A stretch of DNA of 17,080 bases from positions 236,377 to 253,456 of the forward strand of contig CAZPLO010000001.1 in assembly GCA_964587725.1 (NCBI GenBank), read 5' to 3'. Of this stretch, positions 1 to 8,181 are shown in pieces (within the stretch, counting starts at the first letter, position 1; every line of letters starts with the position of its first letter). Source of the DNA: an uncultured archaeon (GTDB lineage: Archaea > Altiarchaeota > Altiarchaeia > IMC4 > SCGC-AAA252-I15). Below the pieces are notes generated by a model, which had not been told where the DNA came from, made no database searches, and was given only the letters and a program-made list of their open reading frames with translations. A program made the position numbers and the translations under genes.

Positions 1-13
1 TTAGGCACTACAT
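1..13 (-). repeat. TGTAGTGCCTAAC-family repeat copy (truncated by window edge)
   Basis: Plus strand TTAGGCACTACAT is identical to 492-504. On the minus strand it contains the last codon and the TAG stop of the GNAT gene. Confidence 0.85.
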
Positions 14-451
14 TATTTTCTTTTCGAGTCTTTTTTTTATCGTGTGATACCCCTGGAACCCATATAGCTTCTTTGCAGGAGTATTTGCCTCCAGGACGTG
101 AAGCTGCATGACCTTTATGTCTTTTTCACGGAAGTGCTCCTCGAGTTTTTCCAGCAGCAGTCTGCCGTATCCTTTTCTCCTATGTTCCGGTTTGACTTGG
201 AGATCCCGGACGTAACCCAACGTTACTCCATGTTCGATACGCATGTCACCCCAGATGAAACCGCATACTTCACCCTCCGGGGGGGAAACCACATATAGTC
301 TATGTTCCTGTACAACCATAGCCTCCAACAGTTGTTGTCTGAATTCTTTCTTGTCAAAATTCTCGAGAGGGTAGTATTCGCACACGTACTCCTCCTCCAT
401 CTCAACCAACGCACCCAGATCTCCCTTTTCAACCCCCCTAACAACAGCCAT
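8..451 (-). CDS. GNAT family N-acetyltransferase
   Basis: 147 aa; acetyl-CoA binding motif A (LQVKPEHRRKGYGRLLL) and C-terminal N-x-x-A-x-x-L-Y-x-x-x-G-Y (NTPAKKLYGFQGY). Confidence 0.9.
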   Translation of the reverse strand: MAVVRGVEKGDLGALVEMEEEYVCEYYPLENFDKKEFRQQLLEAMVVQEHRLYVVSPPEGEVCGFIWGDMRIEHGVTLGYVRDLQVKPEHRRKGYGRLLLEKLEEHFREKDIKVMQLHVLEANTPAKKLYGFQGYHTIKKRLEKKIM

Positions 452-490
452 TACTGAATATGGGGGATGGTTTCAAAATAAACACCAAAA

Positions 491-514
491 GTTAGGCACT
501 ACATATCTGCGGGG
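491..514 (-). repeat. 24-bp copy of the TGTAGTGCCTAAC-family repeat
   Basis: GTTAGGCACTACATATCTGCGGGG is the exact reverse complement of 5776-5799. Confidence 0.9.
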
Positions 515-557
515 TGGTGGCAGCAAGCGTGTGATAAGAAAAAGAGAGAAATGTGCC

Positions 558-758
558 TTACTTCGGCACCATCTTTATTGCTTCTGTCGGGCAGGATGTG
601 ACGCATGCCCCGCATTCGATGCACGCGTCCCTGTTTTTCACAATAGACTTCTTCCCAGCGTCGGTGTCCCTCATCTCGTAGACGTTTGGGCTAGCAGGGC
701 ACACACTCACGCACGCCCCGCATCCTATGCATTTTTCAGCGTTCACTTCCGTTGGCAT
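558..758 (-). CDS. 2[4Fe-4S] dicluster ferredoxin
   Basis: 66 aa with two CxxCxxCxxxCP motifs (CIGCGACVSVCP, CIECGACVTSCP); GAGGT RBS upstream; T-rich tract after the stop. Confidence 0.95.
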   Translation of the reverse strand: MPTEVNAEKCIGCGACVSVCPASPNVYEMRDTDAGKKSIVKNRDACIECGACVTSCPTEAIKMVPK

Positions 759-855
759 CTTAGTTTACCTCATATGTTTTACGGTGGCCTTAGAAATAGG
801 TAGGAAATAGTATAAAAGTAAGAAAGTAAGGTGGTTGGGGGGAGGTATAAAGAGC

Positions 856-1650
856 CTACCATCTCCCTCTTTCAACCCCCTTCTTCGCCTCGATTATCTC
901 CACGCCCGTGGGTTCAGAATCAGACCACATCTCCGATATCTCAACCGCCCTGCGCAGGTAATCAGGGTCTTCCGCTATCGAGTACTTCCCGTACGCGGAA
1001 TGCGACTTGAGCTTCTCCATCAATTTCACCACATCGACGCGGGTGTCCACGCAGCCGTCCCGCTCCAACGTAATGCCCTGCACAGGCAGGCCATAAGACG
1101 CCATCTTGGCGGTGCCCTCCTTAACCTCCATGTTGCAGCCCACACCCAGTATAGCCTTCGGACGGTATTTGCTGACCATCCTCTTGATGAGTGAGCTGCC
1201 GGGTGCTATGAAGAATTTGTAGCCCAACTGCTCCGCCACCTCCTTGATCATCCCTATGCCGCAGCGGCCGCAGTTCAGACACTTGATGCCCTCGGGCGTC
1301 AGCGGCGCCGGGCACTGCGGGTTCCGGAGACACTGCGGTAGGAATACGGCGCGGTTCACGTACGGGGTCTTTTCGAACTGCCTCTTGTATAGGCGGTTCC
1401 TCACCTCAACCATCATGTGCGGAACAATATCCTCCTCCACCCGCAGCATCCACAGAAGATACCTTATCGGCGTCTCCAACAGGTTCAGTATGAACAACGT
1501 CACTCCCGGGATGAGTATCTGCCTGGTCTTGAAGAATATGAGAGCCAGCGCTATCCCCACCACAGTCAAAACCAGCGCCAGCAAGGCGCCCACGATAAGC
1601 AGCGCACCAACCACAAACCCCAGGCCGGTGGCCAATCCTCCGAGTTCCAT
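856..1650 (-). CDS. DUF116 family membrane-anchored Cys-rich protein
   Basis: N-terminal hydrophobic helix, then FLPQCLRxxxCPA...CxxCGxC, APGSS, GVGC and GCxxT motifs as recalled for DUF116; TATA-like TATTTAAA at 1679-1686. Confidence 0.8.
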   Translation of the reverse strand: MELGGLATGLGFVVGALLIVGALLALVLTVVGIALALIFFKTRQILIPGVTLFILNLLETPIRYLLWMLRVEEDIVPHMMVEVRNRLYKRQFEKTPYVNRAVFLPQCLRNPQCPAPLTPEGIKCLNCGRCGIGMIKEVAEQLGYKFFIAPGSSLIKRMVSKYRPKAILGVGCNMEVKEGTAKMASYGLPVQGITLERDGCVDTRVDVVKLMEKLKSHSAYGKYSIAEDPDYLRRAVEISEMWSDSEPTGVEIIEAKKGVERGRW

Positions 1651-1729
1651 TTCCAGGTTTAAGATAGCTGAGAGGGGGTTTAAATATGATGATTTTATTG
1701 GGTTTTAGTAGTCTACAGGCCGCACACGT

Positions 1730-2305
1730 TCAGTAGTCTATCCCGTATCTGGAACGCACACCTTTGGTGAAGGGGTGTTTCACCTTCTTCATCACCGTAA
1801 CATAGTCGGCCGCATCCATTATCTCCTTGGGGGCATCCCTACCCGTCAATATCAGCTCTACCGACGGCTTCCGCGACTTAATCAGCTTCATCACCTTGGA
1901 CACGGTAGTCAGCCGGCGGCTTAACGCATTGTTCACCTCGTCCAGGATGACGACATCGTATTTTCCTAATTTCACAACCTTCTCGGCCACCTCCAAAGCC
2001 TCCGCTACTTTTTCCTTCTCCTCCTTCCTTGTGAGAAAACAGTCTTTGCAGTTGCCGCAGTCCATGTTTCCCTTACGCATTTCCTCACTGTATGGGCAGG
2101 GTTTCCCGAACTGCTTTACCTTGAAGTCTGGCAGCGTGCCGGCGGCCACTACCTCCCCCGCAATCTTCCCCCCCTTCAGAAACTGTATCATGTACACTGA
2201 GAACCCGTGCCCGACAGCCCTCAAACCCAATCCAACCGCCGCCGTGGTCTTCCCTTTTCCGTCGCCTGTGTAGACGTGGACCAGGCCATTCCTTTTCCCG
2301 GCCAT
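1730..2305 (-). CDS. cobO: ATP:cob(I)alamin adenosyltransferase, CobA/CobO/BtuR family
   Basis: YTGDGKGKTTAA P-loop, QFLKG, ILDEVN, ELILTGR, ADYVT and KHPF...GIDY. Start moved to ATG 2305, 1 nt after the nrdJ stop; the longer ORF-track start overlaps nrdJ. Confidence 0.92.
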   Translation of the reverse strand: MAGKRNGLVHVYTGDGKGKTTAAVGLGLRAVGHGFSVYMIQFLKGGKIAGEVVAAGTLPDFKVKQFGKPCPYSEEMRKGNMDCGNCKDCFLTRKEEKEKVAEALEVAEKVVKLGKYDVVILDEVNNALSRRLTTVSKVMKLIKSRKPSVELILTGRDAPKEIMDAADYVTVMKKVKHPFTKGVRSRYGIDY

Positions 2306-2306
2306 T

Positions 2307-4436
2307 TTACCATACACTGCAGACGGAGTAGCCGCAGCTGTGGCAGGTGCTGCATCCCTCCTCATACGTCAGCACGCCACCGCATTCGGGGCATTTACTG
2401 CCTCCCTCCGCCTTCTTGACCGACTCTATGTTCAGCACCTGGTTGCTGCGGCTGCCGTCCCTATATATCGTCACCCCCTTACAACCCAGTCGATAAGCTA
2501 ATAGATACACCTGCTCCACGTCGTCTGTGGTGGCGTGGTTGGGGAAGTTAACGGTCTTCGACACCGCGTTGTCCACGTGCTCCTGGAATGCGGCCTGCAT
2601 CCTAGCGTGCCACTCCGGCGTGATGTCGTGGGCGGTCACAAACACCCCCCTCACATCTTCTGGAATCTCCTCGATGTCCTGTATGCTGCCGCGCTTCGCA
2701 ATCTTCCTCATCAACTCATCACTGTAGAAGTTGCGTTCCCGAGCCACCTGCTCGAATAGGGGGTTAACCTCCACCATCTCCGTGTTGTCCAAAATGTTCC
2801 TGATGAAGGATATGGCGAACAGCGGCTCTATGCCGCCGGACGCGTTGGCTATGATGCTTATGGTGCCGGTGGGGGCGATGGTGGTTGTGGTAGCGTTCCT
2901 TAGGGTATTGTATCCCCTCTTGGGCCAGATGCTTTTCTTGAAGTTGGGGAAGCTCCCGCGATTCTTCGCCAACTCCACAGACGCCTTCTTTGACTCCTCG
3001 TCTATGAATGTCATAACCTCCTTTCCCTTCTCCGTCGCCTCGTCGCTGTTATATGGTATCCCAAGTTTTATCAGCATGTCCGCGAACCCCATCACACCCA
3101 GCCCGATCTTCCGGTTGGCCCGCACCATGTCGGTTATCTTGTCCAACGGGAACTTGCTCATGTCTATGACGTTGTCGAGGAAGTGCAAGGCGGAGTGAAC
3201 AACCTTCCCCAGTCGTTTGTAGTTTATCCTCCCGTCCTCAACCATCAACCCCAGGTTAATGCTGCCAAGGTTGCACGCCTCATACGGCAACAATGGCTGT
3301 TCCCCGCATGGATTTGTCGACTCTATCTCCCCCATATCGGGTGTGGGGTTGTCGCGGTTTATGCGATCTAGGAAGACTATCCCGGGTTCGCCGTTCTTCC
3401 ACGCCATGGTTACGATGAGGTCGAATACTGTGCGGGCGTTTATCCTGTTAACAACCCTCTTGGTTTTCGGGTTAAGGAGGTTGTATTCGCGGTTCTCCTC
3501 CACGGCCTTCATAAAGTCTTCCGTCAACCCCACGGATATGTTGAAGTTGTTGAGGACGTCCTCCTTCTCCTTCGCCACTATGAAGTCCATGACGTCAGGG
3601 TGGTCCACCCGCAAAATAGCCATGTTGGCGCCGCGGCGGGTGCCTCCCTGCTTTATCACTTCAGTGGCGGCGTTGAACACGTTCATGAACGACAGTGGCC
3701 CCGAGGCGACGCCGGAGGTTGATGCTACGATGTCCCCTTTAGGCCGGAGGCGGCTGAAGCTGAACCCGGTGCCTCCGCCACTCTTGTGTATCAGCGCCGT
3801 GTTTTTGATGGCCTCGAATATACTCTCCATACTGTCGTCCACAGGTAGCACGAAACATGCTGACAGCTGTTGGAGTTCGCGGCCGGCGTTCATCAGCGTG
3901 GGGCTGTTGGGTATGAACTCCATCGACGACATCATGTTGTAGAATTCACGGGCTGTCTTCTTCACGTCAGCTTTCTTGTCGTATAATGCGTCGGCTTGGG
4001 CTATGTTTTTCGCAACCCTCTGCAGCATCTGCTTCGGGGTTTCTATGACCCTGCCTGTGCCGTCTTTTATGAGATACCGTCTCTCCAAGACCTTGACTGC
4101 GTTCAGCGACAGCTTGAGTTCGTCGTCGACACCCATCATGCTCTTAGCCTCGCGTATCTTCTTCCGTTCCTCGCGATAGAGTATGTACGCTTTCGCCACT
4201 TCCGGGTCGGCGTCGTTAATAAGCGTCTCCTCCACCACATCCTGGACGTCTTCAACGGTCGGGGTCTTGCTCCTGTATCTTCTGTTAAGGACCTTCACGA
4301 CTTTGCCGGCGAGTTTCTCCGCTTCCTCCCCGTCTTTGCCGTCTACGGCTTCAACGGCCTTGTGTATGGCCGCATACACTTTTTTCCTGTTGAACTTCAC
4401 TACCCTGCCGTCGCGTTTTTTTATCTTAGAAACCAT
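2307..4436 (-). CDS. nrdJ: Adenosylcobalamin-dependent (class II) ribonucleotide reductase with N-terminal ATP-cone and C-terminal Zn-ribbon
   Basis: ATP-cone ([17 protein letters not shown]), [16 protein letters not shown], catalytic [24 protein letters not shown]-terminal CPECG...[13 protein letters not shown]; adjacent to cobO with no NrdB in the window; no intein evident. ATG 4436 chosen; TTG 4445 is an alternative start. Confidence 0.93.
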   Translation of the reverse strand: MVSKIKKRDGRVVKFNRKKVYAAIHKAVEAVDGKDGEEAEKLAGKVVKVLNRRYRSKTPTVEDVQDVVEETLINDADPEVAKAYILYREERKKIREAKSMMGVDDELKLSLNAVKVLERRYLIKDGTGRVIETPKQMLQRVAKNIAQADALYDKKADVKKTAREFYNMMSSMEFIPNSPTLMNAGRELQQLSACFVLPVDDSMESIFEAIKNTALIHKSGGGTGFSFSRLRPKGDIVASTSGVASGPLSFMNVFNAATEVIKQGGTRRGANMAILRVDHPDVMDFIVAKEKEDVLNNFNISVGLTEDFMKAVEENREYNLLNPKTKRVVNRINARTVFDLIVTMAWKNGEPGIVFLDRINRDNPTPDMGEIESTNPCGEQPLLPYEACNLGSINLGLMVEDGRINYKRLGKVVHSALHFLDNVIDMSKFPLDKITDMVRANRKIGLGVMGFADMLIKLGIPYNSDEATEKGKEVMTFIDEESKKASVELAKNRGSFPNFKKSIWPKRGYNTLRNATTTTIAPTGTISIIANASGGIEPLFAISFIRNILDNTEMVEVNPLFEQVARERNFYSDELMRKIAKRGSIQDIEEIPEDVRGVFVTAHDITPEWHARMQAAFQEHVDNAVSKTVNFPNHATTDDVEQVYLLAYRLGCKGVTIYRDGSRSNQVLNIESVKKAEGGSKCPECGGVLTYEEGCSTCHSCGYSVCSVW

Positions 4437-4501
4437 GTCAGCCAACGTCTGTGTTCAAGGGTAGGTTATTTGATTCCGATAATAAATAAATGGGGCCCGT
4501 C

Positions 4502-4720
4502 TCAAACAGCCTCAACCTTCTTGACCCCATCCACCTCCTTCTTCAGCACCTGTTCGATGCCGTGTTGGAGGGTCATCTGGCTCATGGGGCATCCGTGGCA
4601 TGCGCCCTTCAACCGGACCTTGACTACTCCGTCTTCGACGTCGACGAGTTCGACGTCCCCGCCGTCCATCTGGAGCATGGGCCGTATCTTCTCCAAGGCC
4701 TTTTCAACCTCTTCTTTCAT
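4502..4720 (-). CDS. NifU C-terminal (Nfu-like) Fe-S cluster carrier
   Basis: 72 aa; IRPxLQxDGGDVELV...LKGACHGCP with a CxxC motif. Confidence 0.93.
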   Translation of the reverse strand: MKEEVEKALEKIRPMLQMDGGDVELVDVEDGVVKVRLKGACHGCPMSQMTLQHGIEQVLKKEVDGVKKVEAV

Positions 4721-4731
4721 GGTTGCTTCTA

Positions 4732-5643
4732 TTATAACACAGCCTTTATTAAGGGCAGTATAAGTGTCGCGTCTCCGTGTGCTGTGACTGTCCTACCCCC
4801 CTCGGTTATCTTCCCCCAACTCTTCGCTTCGCGGGGGTGCGCCCCCGACAGACTGCCATCGTATTCCTGCGCGGTGGTCACGTATACTGCGTAGTCGAGG
4901 CCCCCCCGCATCAAATTGGCGCCTATGAGGTGGTGTTTGCTTATGCCGCCGCCGAGTATTATGCCCCCTGTTTTCTCGGCTTCGAACACAATGTCTGCGA
5001 GTTTTTTCAGGTCTTCTGCCGGGTTCAGGATGAATTCGGGGTGGTCTTGCCGGTAGAAGAACAGGTGCATGCCTATGGCGGAGTCTATGAGGCCTGGGCT
5101 GAATACGGGCACCTTTTTCCTGTGGCATGTCGCGAGGAATGATTCCTGGGGGAGGATGGTGCCGAGGTGGCTGTTGAGGTCTGAGGGTGTGAACACAGGC
5201 GACCTCGCGTGCACTTCGTCAAACACCCTCTTCATCTTCTTCTCCAGGAACAGGTATCTGCTGTTGGGTGCGAGTATGTTCCCTATCCTGTTCACACCCT
5301 TTTTATGAAGCCGCACGTCGTCTTCGTTGAATGAGCCCAGTTGGTAGGTCCTGTAGGATTTTATGATGTCGTGGTCTATGCTGCCGCCGGTTGTTATGAC
5401 TGCTTCCACAAACCCGTCGTCCACCAATTGCGTTAGTATTCCGCGCAGCCCCGACGCCATCATGTTGGCTGTGAAGGTGAGGAACACGGTCGCTTCCTGT
5501 TTGCGCATCTCTTTGATGACTTCTGCGGCCTCCGCCACATTACTGGCCTGAAAACCCGCAGTGCCTAACTTCCTGACTAGGGATTTTGCTGATTCTTTCC
5601 TCCCGATTCTAATATCCTTGACCGTGTTTTTCTTGCCCGGCAT
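4732..5643 (-). CDS. dys: Deoxyhypusine synthase
   Basis: GFQA, TANMMASGLR, NRIGN, GGGISKH and YDGSLSGA-x-P-x-EAxSWGK with the catalytic Lys; TTTAAA about 25 nt upstream. Confidence 0.95.
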   Translation of the reverse strand: MPGKKNTVKDIRIGRKESAKSLVRKLGTAGFQASNVAEAAEVIKEMRKQEATVFLTFTANMMASGLRGILTQLVDDGFVEAVITTGGSIDHDIIKSYRTYQLGSFNEDDVRLHKKGVNRIGNILAPNSRYLFLEKKMKRVFDEVHARSPVFTPSDLNSHLGTILPQESFLATCHRKKVPVFSPGLIDSAIGMHLFFYRQDHPEFILNPAEDLKKLADIVFEAEKTGGIILGGGISKHHLIGANLMRGGLDYAVYVTTAQEYDGSLSGAHPREAKSWGKITEGGRTVTAHGDATLILPLIKAVL

Positions 5644-5710
5644 TTTTTTAAATAATCCAAACTTTCCTTTAAACTGTTTACAGGTTTGTTTAAAAGGTTT
5701 AAAGTACTGG

Positions 5711-5799
5711 TGTAGTGCCTAACTTTGTCTTGGGTATGGGCTGTAGTGCCTAACCACAGGATATGTGGTGCCTACCCCCGCAGATATGTAGTGCCTAAC
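5711..5799 (+). repeat. Cluster of four direct repeats of TGT(A/G)GTGCCTA(A/C)C
   Basis: Copies start at 5711, 5742, 5764 (degenerate TGTGGTGCCTACC) and 5787; spacings are 31, 22 and 23 nt. Confidence 0.9.
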
Positions 5800-5858
5800 C
5801 ACCCATGGGGGTGTGCCGCATACTCTGGTTTTACTGTGCCCCCCCGGGGTGCATATCC

Positions 5859-5916
5859 TTGATGTGGCGGACCTTTGGTCCGACACGTGTCCGAACCGTT
5901 GGTTCGGTCACATCAA
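5859..5916. other. Multi-branched palindromic element
   Basis: Outer TTGATGTG(G)/(T)CACATCAA encloses CGGACC-TTT-GGTCCG, the palindrome ACACGTGT and CCGAACC-GTT-GGTTCGG, with no unassigned bases. Confidence 0.8.
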
Positions 5917-5937
5917 CCCTTTTGTTAAAACGGTTGT

Positions 5938-5950
5938 TGTAGTGCCTAAC
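5938..5950 (+). repeat. TGTAGTGCCTAAC repeat copy
   Basis: Exact 13-bp match to the copies at 5711, 5742 and 5787. Confidence 0.9.
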
Positions 5951-5973
5951 CCTGGGTGTCTGCCCCCAACCAC

Positions 5974-6783
5974 TCACCCTACTTTCACCCGGCCGCATAC
6001 CTTCTTAAGCACTGCTATGGCGCTTAAGCACGCCAGATACGAGGTTTTGGGGTTGGTGGGTGACGGAACGTTGGATGTTGTTGTCGTGAGTTCGCCGAAG
6101 GGGCCTTTGGCGGTTATGGTGTGGGTGTTGGTTTCCGCGGCGGGGTCGGCTATTATCCTGACCGTGGCGGGCTTGCCTGCTGCGATGGAGGCGATAGCTG
6201 AGACGTTGATGTTGCGTTGGAACAGTTTAACGGCGTCTCCCGCGCCGCCTTCGAAGACAACAGTCGGCTCCGACACAGCTGAAACATCAACCCCCCTATC
6301 CCGGAGGTATGGTATCCCCTTCAAACCGGCAGGTGGCTTGGTGGTGGTGAGGGTTACTTCTTCGACGCCTGCCACGGAAGCCGCCAGCAACCCGTCCACG
6401 CCAGCTAACGCCCCGGACGGCAGATAAAGGGTGGCTGAACCACTTTCGGCGGCATCTTTCACGGCGTCCATCACCACCTCATCCAACAATGCCCCCACGC
6501 TCATCACCAATAAGTCTTTCCCAGCAGTCAGAACCTTAGTGGCGTATTCTCTGACGGCGTCCTGACTCGCAGCCTCCACAACGAAGTCGCAGGAATCGAG
6601 GAGTTCATCGAATGAGGGGGCTACTGCAGGGGGGGTTTGTAGGCTGACGGCCAGTTTCTCCGCTTTCTCACCATCCACGTCGTACACTGAGGCCAGTTCC
6701 CCCCTTATTTCCCCGGAGTCGAAGGCTTCGGCTATGGTTGTGCCCATGGCGCCGCAGCCGATTAAGCCAAACCGGGGGGTCAT
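5974..6783 (-). CDS. nadX: L-aspartate dehydrogenase (de novo NAD biosynthesis)
   Basis: GLIGCGAMG Rossmann motif, VEAASQDAV, MSVGAL, PSGALAGVD, NINVS, NTH and NPKTSYLA. Start moved to ATG 6783 (GAGGGG RBS; avoids overlap with the radical SAM gene); 269 aa. Confidence 0.92.
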   Translation of the reverse strand: MTPRFGLIGCGAMGTTIAEAFDSGEIRGELASVYDVDGEKAEKLAVSLQTPPAVAPSFDELLDSCDFVVEAASQDAVREYATKVLTAGKDLLVMSVGALLDEVVMDAVKDAAESGSATLYLPSGALAGVDGLLAASVAGVEEVTLTTTKPPAGLKGIPYLRDRGVDVSAVSEPTVVFEGGAGDAVKLFQRNINVSAIASIAAGKPATVRIIADPAAETNTHTITAKGPFGELTTTTSNVPSPTNPKTSYLACLSAIAVLKKVCGRVKVG

Positions 6784-6823
6784 CACATGTCCCCCCTCAG
6801 GTCGAAGCGGGTCATGTGTTCTA

Positions 6824-8176
6824 TTAAGATGGTTCACGTAAAAAGGGCTCAAGGATATGGTATGCGGCGTCTTTCATGGTGTTTGACAGGTCGCCTGGGT
6901 TTCTGGCGCCCGCCAGTCGCCGCAGTATCCTGCCTGGTTTCCGGTGGAACCTCATCATCTCATCGGAACACCGTGTGATAATCTCTTCCTCCGTGAATCC
7001 GTCGGGCACATAATGCGGTATCCCTGCCCGCCCCAGCATGTACTCGACCCAGGCGCTGGGGCTTACCCTGCCTTCAGTAACCGCGGTATCCATGAGGGGT
7101 GAGCCGGGGTAGACTGTGGTGGGGAAGTACAGCGCCTCGTCGGGGCCGAGCGAATCTATGAACTCGACCGTAGCGTCCATGTCGTCTTCGGTTTCACCCG
7201 GCAGACCCAGCATAGCATACGCCCGGGTATCCACGCCCGCGTCCCTGCAGGCGTTGAAGGCCTTCCTGATTCCGCCGTCCGGCACCTTCTTCCCAACACG
7301 GTACCGTATTTCCTCCACTCCGGATTCCACTCCGAAGCTGATGTGCCTGCACCCCATGTCGGCGAAATACTGTATCAACGTTGAGTCCACGAGGTCTGCG
7401 CGGGTGGTGCACGCCCATGAGAGGGAGTACTGGTTCATGATATCTGCCAACCCTCTGGCGTATTCACGGTCCAGAGTGAACACGTCGTCTGTGAAGTCGA
7501 TGTCCGCAGGATGTTCTTCTTCAACCAGTTCCCGTATTTCTCCTTCGACGTTTTCCAGGCTCCTCATCCGGTATCCTGTCCCGCAGAGGCTGCAGTACGC
7601 GCACGTGAACGGGCACCCCCGCGACGCCAACACCGGCGTGAAACGGTATCTGCCGGTGAACCGGTGGCGCGCCGGGTTCGGGAGACTGTTGAGGTCTTCC
7701 ACGACGCCGCAGCGGATGATGTCCTGGTTGACTGATCGGCCTTTAATCACGTTCACACAGTAGTCTGCGAAACAGTATTCACTTTCGCCTGTGAACAACA
7801 CGTCAGCTCCCAGGAGCTTGGAGGATGCGGGGTCTGCCGTCACATGCGGACCGCCGCAGGCCACCGTAATACCGGAATCCACCCCTCTCCCCCCCACTTC
7901 CTGTATTAATTTGTACACGTACCTGATGCTGGGGCTGGACACAGTAAACCCCAAAATGGAGGGGGTCTGTTCGAGTATTACGTCCGCCGCTTCGGAGACA
8001 TCCAAGTCACCTATGTTACAGTCCAGAACACCTACGGAAACCCCATTTTCCTCCAGCATAGAGGCCATATAGGCGGTTCCCAGCGGCATTGACGTGTAGT
8101 ATCTGCCGCATCTGACCGGCGGGTGCTCATACGGCGGGTACACCAACAGCACAGACGGGTGAATACTGGAAGTCAC
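6824..8176 (-). CDS. Cobalamin-binding radical SAM protein (class B methyltransferase-like)
   Basis: N-terminal B12-binding region (VLLVYPP...PLGTAYMAS...GGPHVT...GESE), SRGCPFTCAYC (CxxxCxxC) and GVESG. Start moved to GTG 8176, just after the upstream stop. Confidence 0.88.
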   Translation of the reverse strand: MTSSIHPSVLLVYPPYEHPPVRCGRYYTSMPLGTAYMASMLEENGVSVGVLDCNIGDLDVSEAADVILEQTPSILGFTVSSPSIRYVYKLIQEVGGRGVDSGITVACGGPHVTADPASSKLLGADVLFTGESEYCFADYCVNVIKGRSVNQDIIRCGVVEDLNSLPNPARHRFTGRYRFTPVLASRGCPFTCAYCSLCGTGYRMRSLENVEGEIRELVEEEHPADIDFTDDVFTLDREYARGLADIMNQYSLSWACTTRADLVDSTLIQYFADMGCRHISFGVESGVEEIRYRVGKKVPDGGIRKAFNACRDAGVDTRAYAMLGLPGETEDDMDATVEFIDSLGPDEALYFPTTVYPGSPLMDTAVTEGRVSPSAWVEYMLGRAGIPHYVPDGFTEEEIITRCSDEMMRFHRKPGRILRRLAGARNPGDLSNTMKDAAYHILEPFLREPS

Positions 8177-8181
8177 CCCCC

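Noticed and set aside
491-561. Canonical integron attC site
   Set aside because: GTTAGGC (491) and GCCTTAC (555-561) are inverted but in the opposite order to attC (RYYYAAC...GTTRRRY); no L boxes or integrase seen.
1707-1740. AGTAGTCTA direct repeat at the cobO 3' end
   Set aside because: 9 bp, two copies, one within coding sequence; only weakly similar to the main repeat.
2306-2365. N-terminal extension of cobO given by the ORF track
   Set aside because: It overlaps the nrdJ Zn-ribbon; ATG 2305 gives a normal-length protein. Likewise for the extensions of nadX (to 6852) and the radical SAM gene (to 8251).
2307-4445. Intein in nrdJ
   Set aside because: The conserved motifs are contiguous, the length is ordinary, and no intein junction is visible.
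5644-5800. Canonical archaeal oriC with ORB elements
   Set aside because: No TTCCAGTGGAAAC/G-string ORB consensus and no cdc6/orc1 gene in the window; kept only as a non-canonical possibility.
5711-5950. CRISPR array
   Set aside because: The repeat core is only 13 bp, most gaps are 9-18 nt with one of about 140 nt, and no cas genes are present.
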